DNA of 64,000 nt from an uncultured Chloroflexia bacterium (GTDB taxonomy: Bacteria > Chloroflexota > Limnocylindria > Limnocylindrales > CSP1-4), in NCBI GenBank assembly GCA_963749705.1, contig CAVVNQ010000002.1, forward strand, positions 169,024 through 233,023, given 5' to 3'. How positions within the stretch are numbered: position 1 is the stretch's first letter; each line of letters begins with the position of its first letter. Under the pieces are notes generated by a model that worked only from the letters and a program-made list of their open reading frames with translations, searched no databases and was not told the DNA's origin. The translations under genes were made by a program, and so were the position numbers. Positions 19,310-28,694 of the stretch are shown here, one piece after another.

Positions 19310-19672
19310 ATGGCACCGACGACGATCGACGAGTACCTCGCGACGCTGCCGGACGGCCCTCGCGCCGTCCTGGAGGAGCTTCGGGCCACGATCCGCGCCG
19401 CCGCGCCCGATGCGACCGAGACCATCAGCTACCAGATGCCGACCTTCACGCAGCGTGGCCGGCTGCTCGTGTCGTTCGCGGCGTTCAAGCATCACTACAG
19501 CCTGTTTCCGGCCAGCACGATCGTCCGCGAGGCGCTGGGTGCGCCGCTCGCTCCGTACATCGCGGGGAAGGGCACCATCCGGTTCCCGGCTGACCGCCCC
19601 ATCCCGCTGGACCTCGTTGCCCGGGTCGTGGCCGCCAGGCTCGATGAGGTCGAAGGGGCACGCGGCGCCTGA
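19310..19672 (+). CDS. DUF1801 (YdhG-like) domain protein
   Basis: TIDEYLATLPDGPRAVLEELRATIRAAAPDATETISYQMPTF...; ATG 19310 lies inside the longer ORF. Confidence 0.8.
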   Translation: MAPTTIDEYLATLPDGPRAVLEELRATIRAAAPDATETISYQMPTFTQRGRLLVSFAAFKHHYSLFPASTIVREALGAPLAPYIAGKGTIRFPADRPIPLDLVARVVAARLDEVEGARGA

Positions 19673-19687
19673 GCGGCGCGACCCGGC

Positions 19688-19706
19688 GTCAGGCCGACAG
19701 CCTGAC
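19688..19706 (+). terminator. Hairpin after the DUF1801 gene (candidate terminator)
   Basis: gtcaggc-cgaca-gcctgac: 7-bp stem, 16 nt past the stop. Confidence 0.35.
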
Positions 19707-19770
19707 CCGTGATCGGCCGCGTACGCGACCTCACCGCTGACCGCGGGGGGATGGCCTGTATGCTCGATCC

Positions 19771-21348
19771 ATGGCCAAGCGTACCGCCCCGAAACCCGAC
19801 CCGGCCGATCCGGCGTCCAGGGGCCGCCGTCTCGTCATTGCCATCGACGGGCCGGCCTCGAGCGGCAAGAGCAGCGTGGGCGCCGCCGCCGCCGAGCGCC
19901 GTGGGCTTCGGTTCGTCGACACCGGGCTGCTGTACCGCGCGATCACGGCGCTGGCACTCCGCGAAGGCGTTGCGACCGACGATGCACCGGGTCTCACCGC
20001 GCTGGTCGATCGGGTCACCCTGGCCGACGACGGCTCGGGTCGGCTGACGCGGGTCCTGATGGACGGGGTCGACGCGACCGACGCCGCGCGGACTCACGAT
20101 GTCGACGCCGCGGTGTCCGCCGTGGCCATGGTTCCCGAGGTTCGCGCCGCGCTGATGCCACGCCAGCGGGCGCTGGCGGCGGACGGCGGGATCATCGTCG
20201 CCGGGCGCGACATCGGCACCGTCATCCTCCCGGATGCCGACCTCAAGCTGTTCCTCGACGCCTCGGTGGACGAGCGGGCGACGCGTCGGATCGATGAGCG
20301 CGGGCTGGATCCCGACGGCGCGGAGGCGGCGGCGGTCCGCGAGGAGCTGCGCGCGCGCGATGCCCGCGACCGGGGTCGCACGGTCGCGCCGCTTCGGGCG
20401 GCGAGCGACGCGGTGATCATCCACAGCGACGGCAACTCGCTCGCCGAGACGGTGTCCCTGGTCGATGCGGCGATCGGGGCCGCGATGGACGGGGCGCCGG
20501 ATGCCGCCAGCGACGCCGGCCAGGAGGCGACGCCGGACGTCGCCGAACCCAAGGCGCCATCGGCCCCGCGTGTTGCCGCCCCGGCTCCCGTGACGTCGGT
20601 CAGGACCACCAAGAGCGGCCTGCTCGAGGTGGCGATGCGCCTCGACAACCACAAGTCCCTGCTCGTCCGCATGGTCGCCCTCGTCACCCGGATCGTGACC
20701 AGGATGTGCGCGCGGATCGAGTTCCAGGGGCTCGAGCGCGTTCCGAAGACGGGCGCGGTGATCCTGGCCGCCAACCACATCTCGAACGCGGACCCGATGA
20801 TGATCGGCGCCTGGCTGACACCTGCGCTCCGGCGGCGAAGGATCCACTGGCTGGGCAAGCAGGAGCTGTTCGACTGGCCGATCTTTGGCTGGATCTCGGC
20901 CCACGGCGGGGTGCACCCGGTCGAGCGGGGGGCCGCCGACGTGGAGGCGTTCCGGCTGGCGACGCGGATCCTCGAGGCGGGCTTCGTGCTGATGATCTTC
21001 CCCGAGGGCACGCGCAGCCCGACGGGCACGCTCCAGCACGCGAAGGACGGATTGTCGTCGCTCGCGCTCCGGACCGGCGCCGCGATCGTGCCCATCGGGA
21101 TCAACAACTCCGACGCCGTGTGGCCCAAGGGCCAGAAGCTGCCCCACCCGCTGCCGCGGCGGACGATCACGGTGCGAATCGGGGAGCCGTTCCAGGTCGC
21201 CGACCTCATCCCGCCGGGCACCGAGCGCCGGGCGGCCAAGACGGTCGCGACCAACGAGATCATGCACCGTATCGCGGCCCTGCTCGACGAGCGGCATCGG
21301 GGTGTCTACGCGGACGAACCGGGGCCCGACGCGCCGGCGGAGGCCTGA
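19771..21348 (+). CDS. cmk: Fusion protein: cytidylate kinase (N-terminal) plus 1-acyl-sn-glycerol-3-phosphate acyltransferase (C-terminal)
   Basis: Cmk part: IAIDGPASSGKSSVG, VDTGLLYRA, GRDIGTVILPDA. About 47-aa Ala/Pro linker. PlsC part: ILAANHISNADP (HX4D) and IFPEGTRS. Confidence 0.9.
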   Translation: MAKRTAPKPDPADPASRGRRLVIAIDGPASSGKSSVGAAAAERRGLRFVDTGLLYRAITALALREGVATDDAPGLTALVDRVTLADDGSGRLTRVLMDGVDATDAARTHDVDAAVSAVAMVPEVRAALMPRQRALAADGGIIVAGRDIGTVILPDADLKLFLDASVDERATRRIDERGLDPDGAEAAAVREELRARDARDRGRTVAPLRAASDAVIIHSDGNSLAETVSLVDAAIGAAMDGAPDAASDAGQEATPDVAEPKAPSAPRVAAPAPVTSVRTTKSGLLEVAMRLDNHKSLLVRMVALVTRIVTRMCARIEFQGLERVPKTGAVILAANHISNADPMMIGAWLTPALRRRRIHWLGKQELFDWPIFGWISAHGGVHPVERGAADVEAFRLATRILEAGFVLMIFPEGTRSPTGTLQHAKDGLSSLALRTGAAIVPIGINNSDAVWPKGQKLPHPLPRRTITVRIGEPFQVADLIPPGTERRAAKTVATNEIMHRIAALLDERHRGVYADEPGPDAPAEA

Positions 21349-21403
21349 TCCGGGTCGAGCGAGCAGCGGCGGGATCCCCGGACGTGTGCGAACATCGAGC
21401 CGT

Positions 21404-22375
21404 ATGGGCATGGTCGAGGAAGTCCGCATCGCACGCCGCACGGGGTTCTGCTACGGCGTGCGCGAGGCGATCGACAAGGCGAAGGAGTCTGCCGCGGCGG
21501 GCAAGGCCACGCACACCCTGGGCCAGGTCGTCCACAACGAGGGCGTGATCCGCGATCTCCAGCACATCGGCGTGCGCAGCGTGGACACGCTCGATGACGT
21601 GGATCACGGTGCAGCGGTGGTCATCCGCGCCCACGGCGTCAGGCCCGAGGTCTTCGACCGTGCCAGCGCTCGCGGCCTGGAGGTCATCGACGGTACCTGC
21701 ACCTGGGTGATCCAGGAGCAGCGCCAGCTCCAGGAGCTGGTCGAGGAGGGCTACACCATCGTCCTGCTCGGCACGCCCAAGCACCCGGAGGTCGCCGGCC
21801 TGCTGGGCTTTGCGCCCGACGCGATCGTGGTCGACGAGGAGGCGGACTGGGTCAAGATCCCGCGCCGCAAGCGGATGGCGCTGATCACGCAGTCCACGCA
21901 GCCGCCCTGGAAGTTCGAGAAGCTGGCCGCGTTCATGGTCGGCCGTGCGCACGAGCTCAAGATCCTCAACACCGTGTGCCCGGTCACCATCCGGCGCCAG
22001 GAGGACACCCTCGACGCGGCGCGCGACGTCGACCTGATGGTGGTCGTGGGTGGTCGCCACTCGGCGAACACCAAGGAGCTCACCCGGCTGTGCGAGATCG
22101 CCGGCACCCCGGCGATCCAGATCGAGAACGCGCGCGATCTCGACGACGCCTCGGTGTTCACCGGTGTTCGCGTCGTGGGCGTGACCGGCGGCACCTCGAC
22201 CCCGATCGAGGACCTGCGCGATGTCGCGGAGCGGATCTACCTGATCGGCGGGACCGAGGACGTTCGAGCGCGGGCCGCCGCGCTCGCGACCCTGGCCCTC
22301 GACGCCGCCGCGACCCCAGCCGGCCGCACCACCTCGCTGCCGATCCGGACACCGTCGCCCGTCGGCGCGGCCTGA
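21404..22375 (+). CDS. ispH: 4-hydroxy-3-methylbut-2-enyl diphosphate reductase
   Basis: GFCYGVREAIDKA, VVHNEGV, DGTCTWV, NTVCPVT, SANTKEL. Confidence 0.93.
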   Translation: MGMVEEVRIARRTGFCYGVREAIDKAKESAAAGKATHTLGQVVHNEGVIRDLQHIGVRSVDTLDDVDHGAAVVIRAHGVRPEVFDRASARGLEVIDGTCTWVIQEQRQLQELVEEGYTIVLLGTPKHPEVAGLLGFAPDAIVVDEEADWVKIPRRKRMALITQSTQPPWKFEKLAAFMVGRAHELKILNTVCPVTIRRQEDTLDAARDVDLMVVVGGRHSANTKELTRLCEIAGTPAIQIENARDLDDASVFTGVRVVGVTGGTSTPIEDLRDVAERIYLIGGTEDVRARAAALATLALDAAATPAGRTTSLPIRTPSPVGAA

Positions 22376-22380
22376 CCGCC

Positions 22381-23958
22381 ATGCCCGCCCGTTCGGCCGG
22401 TCTCCCGGTCGTCGCCTTCGTCGGCCGGCCCAACGTGGGCAAGAGCACGCTGTTCAACCGCGTCGTGGGTGACGCGCGGGCGGCGATCGTCGAGGACCGG
22501 GCGCGGACCACCCGCGATCGCCTGTACGGGGATGCGGAGTGGAACGGCCGGCGGTTCGTCGTGGTCGACACGGGCGGGCTCGAGGTCGCGCCCGGCGACC
22601 CGATCGAGGAGCAGGTGCAGCTCCAGGCCCGGCTGGCGATCAGCGAGGCGGACGTGATCGTGTTCCTGGTCGATGCGATCACCGGCCCGACACCCGGCGA
22701 CGACGACGCGGCGGAGCTGCTGCGGCGGACGACGAAGCCGGTGCTGGTCGCGGCCAACAAGGCCGACAACGAGAAGCGCGAGCTCGACGCGGCGGAGTTC
22801 TACGCGATGGGCTGGGAGGACACGTTCGCGATCTCCGCCAACCACGGTCGCGGCGTCGCGGACCTGCTCGACGCCGTGGTCTGGGCGCTGCCGCCCGAGA
22901 CCGAGGCCGAGGTCGAGCGCAAGGCCCGCGAGGCGGAGGCCGAGGCGTGGGCGAAGGAGATGGCCCGCGCCACGCCGTCGCCGTACGTCGTGACCGAGGC
23001 GGACGAGGCCGACGCGAACGAGGACGAGGACGAGGCCGACGCCGCCGAGCCCGGCACGACCGCCGACGTCTCGGCCCGCTGGGATGCGGCGATGGCCGCC
23101 GACGACGATGAGCCGCCCGCGATCGCGTTCGTCGGACGCCCCAACGTCGGCAAGTCGAGCCTGATCAACGCCCTGCTGGGCGAGACCCGGACCATCGTCT
23201 CCGCGGTGCCCGGGACGACGCGCGACGCCATCGACACCACCATCCCCTGGGGTCGCAGCGAGGTCGTGCTGATCGACACCGCCGGGATCAAGCGGCGTGG
23301 CAAGGTCGCCTCCGGGCCGGCCGCCGAGCGGTACTCGACGCTTCGGGCGCTCAAGGCCATCTCGCGGGCCGACGTCGCGGTGCTCCTGCTCGACGCCGCC
23401 GACGGGCTCACCGCGCAGGACGCGCACGTCGCGGGCTATGTCGTCGAGGAGGGTCGCGGCCTGGTGATCGCGGTCAACAAGTGGGACATCGTCGAGGACA
23501 AGACCCACAAGAGCTTCGACGAGTTCGTCGCCAACCTGCGGCGCGAGCTGCCGTTCCTGGACTACGCGCCGATCGTTTCGATCAGCGCCAAGACCGGCCA
23601 GCGCGTCACGCGCGTCCTGGAGCTGGCGGTCGACGTGTGGGGCGAGCGGCGCAAGCGGGTCGGGACCGGCGAGCTCAATCGCCTGATCTCCGCGGCGGTC
23701 GAGCGGACGCCGCCGGCGCTGGTCCGCGGTCGCCGGGCGAAGATCCGGTACGCGACGCAGGCGGGGGTCGCGCCGCCCACGTTCGTGCTGTTCGCGACCG
23801 ATGCGGCATCGATCCATTTCTCGTACCGGCGGTACCTCGAGAACCGGCTGCGCGACGCCTACGAGTTCACGGGCACCCCGATCCGGCTGGTGTTCCGCGA
23901 GCAGATCCGCGAGAAGCTGCCCAAGAAGCGCCGCGTCGTCCGGAGCCGCCGCAGCTGA
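22381..23958 (+). CDS. der: Ribosome-associated GTPase Der (EngA), with a long acidic inter-domain linker
   Basis: Two G domains, each with GRPNVGKS(T/S)L, DT(G/A)G and NK(A/W)D, plus a C-terminal KH-like domain. Confidence 0.95.
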   Translation: MPARSAGLPVVAFVGRPNVGKSTLFNRVVGDARAAIVEDRARTTRDRLYGDAEWNGRRFVVVDTGGLEVAPGDPIEEQVQLQARLAISEADVIVFLVDAITGPTPGDDDAAELLRRTTKPVLVAANKADNEKRELDAAEFYAMGWEDTFAISANHGRGVADLLDAVVWALPPETEAEVERKAREAEAEAWAKEMARATPSPYVVTEADEADANEDEDEADAAEPGTTADVSARWDAAMAADDDEPPAIAFVGRPNVGKSSLINALLGETRTIVSAVPGTTRDAIDTTIPWGRSEVVLIDTAGIKRRGKVASGPAAERYSTLRALKAISRADVAVLLLDAADGLTAQDAHVAGYVVEEGRGLVIAVNKWDIVEDKTHKSFDEFVANLRRELPFLDYAPIVSISAKTGQRVTRVLELAVDVWGERRKRVGTGELNRLISAAVERTPPALVRGRRAKIRYATQAGVAPPTFVLFATDAASIHFSYRRYLENRLRDAYEFTGTPIRLVFREQIREKLPKKRRVVRSRRS

Positions 23959-25052
23959 TGGGTGGGGCAGGGGAGTCCGGCGGCCCGGTCCCCGGTCCCG
24001 CGCGCGTCGCCGTCGTGGGGAGCGGCGCGTGGGGCACCACGCTGGCGGCGATCATCGCCCAGCGCGAGCCGGTGACGCTGCTGTGCCACTCCCCGGAGAC
24101 GGCGGCACGGATTGTCGAGACCCGGCGGAACGAGGCGCGCGTCCCGGGCATCGACCTGCCGGACCTCGTCCAGCCCACCGCCGATCCGTCCGCGCTGGCC
24201 GCCGCGACCGAGCTCGTGATCCTTGCCGTGCCATCGGCGCACCTGCGCGAGACGGTGACCCTGATCGCGCCGCACGTGCCGGCGAGCGCCGACCTGCTGT
24301 CCGTCGCCAAGGGGATCGAGCGTGGCACGCACCTGTCGATGACCGAGCTGATCGCGCAGGCGGGCGGCTTCGACCCGGCACGGATCGCCGCACTCTCCGG
24401 CCCCAACCTTGCCCTCGAGATCGCGCGCGGCCTGCCCGCCTCGGCCGTGATCGCGGCGCAGGACGTCGCCCTCGCGGAGCGCATCCAGGCGCGGCTCGGC
24501 CGGCGTGCGTTCCGGCTGTACGTCAACCGCGACGTCCTCGGCGTGGAGCTGTGCGGCGCGCTCAAGAACATCATCGCGATCGCGGCTGGCGCCGCCGAGG
24601 AGCTGGGCTTCGGCGACAACGGCAAGGCCGGCCTGATGACCCGTGGGCTGGCCGAGATGGCCCGGCTGGGGATCGCCGCCGGTGCAAACCCGATGACGTT
24701 CCTGGGCCTGGCGGGGATCGGCGACGTCGTCGCGACCTGTGGCTCGCCGCTGTCGCGCAACCATCGGCTGGGGGTGGAGCTCGCCCGTGGGCGGGCGTGG
24801 TCCGACATCGAGGCGAGCCTGCCGGGCGTCGCTGAGGGCGCGTACACCGTGGACGCCGCGCTCCTGCTGGCGGACAGCCTGGGCGTCGAGATGCCGATCG
24901 CGCGCGAGGTCCACAACGCGCTGTTCGAGGGCAAGAGCGTCCAGCGGTGCCTGATCGACCTGCTCGCGCGCGAGTCCAAGGACGAGCTCGCGGACTACGA
25001 CCGCTGGGCGGCAAGCCTGGGCGTGGGCGCCGCTGACCGGACGGACGCCTAG
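23958..25052 (+). CDS. gpsA: NAD(P)H-dependent glycerol-3-phosphate dehydrogenase
   Basis: VAVVGSGAWGTTLA, GPNLALEIARGLP, ALKNIIAIAAG, GDVVATC. The ATG shares 1 nt with the der stop. Confidence 0.93.
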   Translation: MGGAGESGGPVPGPARVAVVGSGAWGTTLAAIIAQREPVTLLCHSPETAARIVETRRNEARVPGIDLPDLVQPTADPSALAAATELVILAVPSAHLRETVTLIAPHVPASADLLSVAKGIERGTHLSMTELIAQAGGFDPARIAALSGPNLALEIARGLPASAVIAAQDVALAERIQARLGRRAFRLYVNRDVLGVELCGALKNIIAIAAGAAEELGFGDNGKAGLMTRGLAEMARLGIAAGANPMTFLGLAGIGDVVATCGSPLSRNHRLGVELARGRAWSDIEASLPGVAEGAYTVDAALLLADSLGVEMPIAREVHNALFEGKSVQRCLIDLLARESKDELADYDRWAASLGVGAADRTDA

Positions 25053-25597
25053 CGGGACCGATCCCCGACCGACCCGCGTGCCGGCGTCCGCAGCGCGAAC
25101 CGCCATCGCCGCTGCCAGCGGCCATCGACCCTGACGATGAGGTCGACGAAGCTCGCCTGCCGTGACGCGGGCAGGAGGTTCCAGGCCGGATCGTCGGCGA
25201 CGTCGGCGTCCTCGGATCTCGGTCCCCAGACGACCGTCACGTGGGGATCGAACTCGAACGCACCGTCGTAGAGCGGAAACTCCGGAAAGGCCGCCGCCAG
25301 CGTCGCCTGGAGGGCCCGGAACGGGGCTTCGGGCTCGACCGCGGCGTACAGGGTGTCCGGCCAGCGTCGCCGCTCGGTCAGGCGATAGTCGAAGGCGTCG
25401 ATGGGGGAGAGGATTGCCGCCAGCTTGAACCGGAGCTCCTCGTCGAGCGCATCGGGCGTCACGAACGGATACAGCATGGTGAGGTGTGCCGGGAGCCCGC
25501 TCGCGGCCTCCTCGGTGCTCCGGCGGCGGAGGCCTTCGAGCGGTGCCGGCAGGCGCACCGGCACGACGACCGCCGTGTCCTCGCTGCCCTCGCCCAT
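25049..25597 (-). CDS. 2H phosphoesterase superfamily protein (2'-5' RNA ligase/LigT-like)
   Basis: Two HxT motifs (AHLTMLYP and DPHVTVVWG). Convergent 4-nt overlap with gpsA. Confidence 0.7.
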   Translation of the reverse strand: MGEGSEDTAVVVPVRLPAPLEGLRRRSTEEAASGLPAHLTMLYPFVTPDALDEELRFKLAAILSPIDAFDYRLTERRRWPDTLYAAVEPEAPFRALQATLAAAFPEFPLYDGAFEFDPHVTVVWGPRSEDADVADDPAWNLLPASRQASFVDLIVRVDGRWQRRWRFALRTPARGSVGDRSR

Positions 25598-25741
25598 CGG
25601 TGATGTCGCCTCCGTCCGCGATGTCGCCGAAGCCTACCCCGCGCTCGCCATGCTGCGAACACCGCCGGCGCCCACGACCGATCACGCACGGACCACGCAC
25701 CACCCGGATACCGGCCAGACGGGTGGTAGACTCCTCCCCCT

Positions 25742-25818
25742 CGGGGCGTGGCGCAGCCTGGTAGCGCACCTGAATGGGGTTCAGGAGGTCGAGCGTTCGA
25801 ATCGCTCCGCCCCGACCA
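25742..25818 (+). tRNA. tRNA-Pro (anticodon GGG), CCA encoded
   Basis: Cloverleaf read by eye: acceptor CGGGGCG/CGCCCCG, D stem GCGC/GCGC, anticodon stem CCTGA/TCAGG with loop ATGGGGT, T arm GAGCG-TTCGAAT-CGCTC. Confidence 0.93.
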
Positions 25819-25898
25819 CTCTCCCACGCATGAAGAGGCCCTCGGAGGCGACTCGGGCCCTTCGATTCGGCGCGTTGCCCGAGCTGGTGCCGGCGCGA

Positions 25899-26918
25899 TC
25901 AGATCTCGTGGAGGATCTCGCCCCGCCGGGCCGCGTACTCGTCGTCGGTGACTACCCTGTCGCGATGCAGCGCCTCGAGATCGGCCAGGCGTTCGCGGAC
26001 GGGTCGCGGCCCTGGGATCGTGGGGGCGTCAACAGGCGATGGTGCCACCGGTGCGGATCCCCCGACCTGATGACGCATGGCATAGGTGACCGTCAACGAG
26101 CCACCGCTCGGTGACACCGCGAGGGCGATGAGCGCGATCGCCACGCCGATGACCAGGATGATGATCCCGGCCCCCGAGTCCAGGAACAGGATCCCGAACA
26201 GCGCCATGGCGCCGCCAAGGAGCGAGGCGACGAGTGCGCCCGTCCGATCGGCGGCAGCCCACGATTGCGCCGATGGAGCGTAGCCATGGCCGCTGAACGT
26301 TACCGCTTCTTCCTGGAACAGCCCCGTCGCCTCGGGCTGTGACCTGGCCTGGTACGTTCGAATCAGCGTCGCAGGTGGCTCGCCCGACCCCCAGGGCAGA
26401 ACCAGCGCGGGCGACTGAGGGCGGGGCCGAGCCAGTGCGAGCGCTTCCTTGAGCCGATCGAGGTCACCAGGATCCTCCGGTTCGACCCATACCATCCCGC
26501 CGGTCGTGTACAGCGCGGCCTGCTTCGGATCGGTGGGCTCGCGGTAGTCGGCAACCGCGTACGGAACCCGAACCACCGTGAGGTCTGGCAGCCGAACCGC
26601 CAGGGAGTCAGGCTCCAGGGCCAGCTCCACGATCGACTTCTTCCTGATCTCGCGATCGATCGAGTCTGCGACTCGCCACAACCCAAGCGATCGAGCCGAC
26701 CGAGGATCGTCAGCGGGTCCTGCCAGCGGGTCTGCCCCTACGACCAATTCGACGTTCCCGTCGTCCATCGCGCCCACCACCCTTACCGGCGCAACAATGC
26801 CCGCGCCGACAATCGGAGGATCGGGCAGCAGCGGCAAGAGCCGTTCGGCACGCGCGCGGGCAGGGCGCGGAGCCCCCGCGGGCGAACGCGCCGAGCGTCG
26901 CTGGGGCAGGTCACGCAC
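25899..26918 (-). CDS. Hypothetical membrane protein with a C-terminal SHOCT domain
   Basis: C-terminus RERLADLEALHRDRVVTDDEYAARRGEILHEI is SHOCT-like, preceded by two TM helices (GALVASLLGGAMALFGILFL, GIIILVIGVAIALIALAV). Start is uncertain. Confidence 0.6.
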   Translation of the reverse strand: MRDLPQRRSARSPAGAPRPARARAERLLPLLPDPPIVGAGIVAPVRVVGAMDDGNVELVVGADPLAGPADDPRSARSLGLWRVADSIDREIRKKSIVELALEPDSLAVRLPDLTVVRVPYAVADYREPTDPKQAALYTTGGMVWVEPEDPGDLDRLKEALALARPRPQSPALVLPWGSGEPPATLIRTYQARSQPEATGLFQEEAVTFSGHGYAPSAQSWAAADRTGALVASLLGGAMALFGILFLDSGAGIIILVIGVAIALIALAVSPSGGSLTVTYAMRHQVGGSAPVAPSPVDAPTIPGPRPVRERLADLEALHRDRVVTDDEYAARRGEILHEI

Positions 26919-27120
26919 CTCGGAACTACGGGATAAGTCGCAGGTAAGCGGCGAGGGTCACCCTCAGAGATGCCCCCGGTGACGCGCCGGGCGCCCTGTT
27001 GTCCTGGGGGAAGGGGCGCGCGCAGCGGCCGGGGGCGGCCCATCGGGACGTGGCGTGCAGGATTCTGCGACGCGGCTACGATTGGAGATCGCCGGCCGCC
27101 GGGGAGGAGGAAAGCGTCCC

Positions 27121-27606
27121 ATGCGTCCGGTTCGGGTCATCCTGGTCAGCCTCGCGACGGCGTTCGCGATCCTGGGAGCGAGCTCGGCGTCGGTCCTCGC
27201 CTATGGCAAGGCCGACCAGCCGCTGGCACAGATCGAGCTGTCGGCCAACTGCGTCAACCGCAACTCCCCGCTGTGCGCGCCGGACGCATTCGGCCTGGGC
27301 GGGATCTGGATCTGGATCGAGGTCGACGCGGGCGGCAGCGCCGACGTCGCCGGAGCGGGATGCGGCCATGTGCCCGGCGTCGGCGGCGGCGCAGAATCCA
27401 TCCGCGGCGAGGTTCCCTGGGTTGAGTTCCACGGCACGATGCAAGACCTTGCGGCCGCGTTTCCCGAGGCGCTGGCGGTCGGCGAGGACCCGGGCGGGGC
27501 CTACTACGTGTTCCCGGAGTTCGGGTTCGCCTTCCCGATGACCACCGGGCACTACGCGCTGCACCTCGACAAGGGTGTGTTCCTGCAGACGCAGGTCGCG
27601 CCCTAG
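27121..27606 (+). CDS. Hypothetical secreted protein
   Basis: Signal-peptide-like MRPVRVILVSLATAFAILGASSASVLA. No family recognised. Confidence 0.55.
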   Translation: MRPVRVILVSLATAFAILGASSASVLAYGKADQPLAQIELSANCVNRNSPLCAPDAFGLGGIWIWIEVDAGGSADVAGAGCGHVPGVGGGAESIRGEVPWVEFHGTMQDLAAAFPEALAVGEDPGGAYYVFPEFGFAFPMTTGHYALHLDKGVFLQTQVAP

Positions 27607-27771
27607 GCATCTGCAGGCCTGACACCCCGCCCGGCGATGACGCGGGGCGGGGTGTTTGTGCAATTGCGATCTACCCGACAATCGCGCCGTATCCACGCTT
27701 AGACTTCTGGCGCAGCCGTCCGATGCGGCGACTGGTTTCGAGCTCTACCCGGGCAACGGTGGGGAGACGCG

Positions 27772-28674
27772 ATGACGGAACCGAACGGCGGCGGCCACGC
27801 GCCCGACCCGAGCGAGGTTGACGCGAACGACGCTGCGCCGAGCTCACCTCCGCAGGATGTCCCGGCTGCGCCTCCGCCACCCGCCGTGGGGGCGCCTGGT
27901 CCCGGAACGCCTCCGCCGGCGGCCCCCCTGCCGCCACCACCGCCGGGTTCCGCGCTGCCACCACCGCCCGGGCCGGGGTTTGCGCAGCAGGCGTCGGCCG
28001 CCGCACCGGTCGCGTGGCCGGCGCCATCCGCGTCACCAACCGGGCTCGAGGTTCCCGGGGCGGTGGGCCTGCGGTTCGGCAGCACGCTGGGACGGTTCCT
28101 CGCCTGGTGGATCGACTGGATCCTGATCGTCATTGCCGCCGGGTTGGTCCTGGGCGCGATCGGAGTGGCTGCGCCCAGCTCTCGGGCGTCGACGCCGCTC
28201 CTGACGACCGTGCTCTCCCTGGGCGCCTCGTTCCTCTATTTCGTCGGGCTGTGGACCAGCTCGGGGCGGGCGACGCTCGGGATGCGACTCATGAAGCTCC
28301 AGGTCGGCACCGCGTTCGACGGCCGGACCCTGACCATCGAGCAGGCGACGCTCCGATGGGTCGCCCTCGGCATCCCGTTCCAGGCCCTCTCCCTCGTGCC
28401 CGCCCTGTCCGGCGCCGTCGCGGCGCTGCTCTTCCTGTGGTACCTGGCGCTGCTGATCAGCACCATGACCAGCCCCACCCGGCAGGGTCTCCACGATCGA
28501 ATCGCGAGCTCGGCCATCGTCCAGCCCATCGGCGCCTCGACGCCGGCGATGGCCTGTCTCATCCTGCTCATCCTGCTGCTCGCCCTGCCGATCATCGCGA
28601 TCGTGGGCCTGATCGGGCTGGGCGGACAGGTGTCCACGATCCTGTCCAACGTCGGGACCTCGGTCTACCCGTGA
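27772..28674 (+). CDS. RDD family membrane protein with a Pro-rich N-terminal region
   Basis: RFLAWWIDWILIVIAAG..., GLHDRIASSAIV, three TM segments; N-terminal 90 aa are PPPP-rich. Confidence 0.8.
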   Translation: MTEPNGGGHAPDPSEVDANDAAPSSPPQDVPAAPPPPAVGAPGPGTPPPAAPLPPPPPGSALPPPPGPGFAQQASAAAPVAWPAPSASPTGLEVPGAVGLRFGSTLGRFLAWWIDWILIVIAAGLVLGAIGVAAPSSRASTPLLTTVLSLGASFLYFVGLWTSSGRATLGMRLMKLQVGTAFDGRTLTIEQATLRWVALGIPFQALSLVPALSGAVAALLFLWYLALLISTMTSPTRQGLHDRIASSAIVQPIGASTPAMACLILLILLLALPIIAIVGLIGLGGQVSTILSNVGTSVYP

Positions 28675-28694
28675 CCGGCCGCTAGACTGGCCGG

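Noticed and set aside
21404-22375. IspH-RpsA fusion, as seen in some Gram-positive lineages
   Set aside because: The ~40-aa C-terminal tail after the IspH core is Ala/Thr/Pro-rich and has no S1-domain motifs. der starts 6 nt after the stop.
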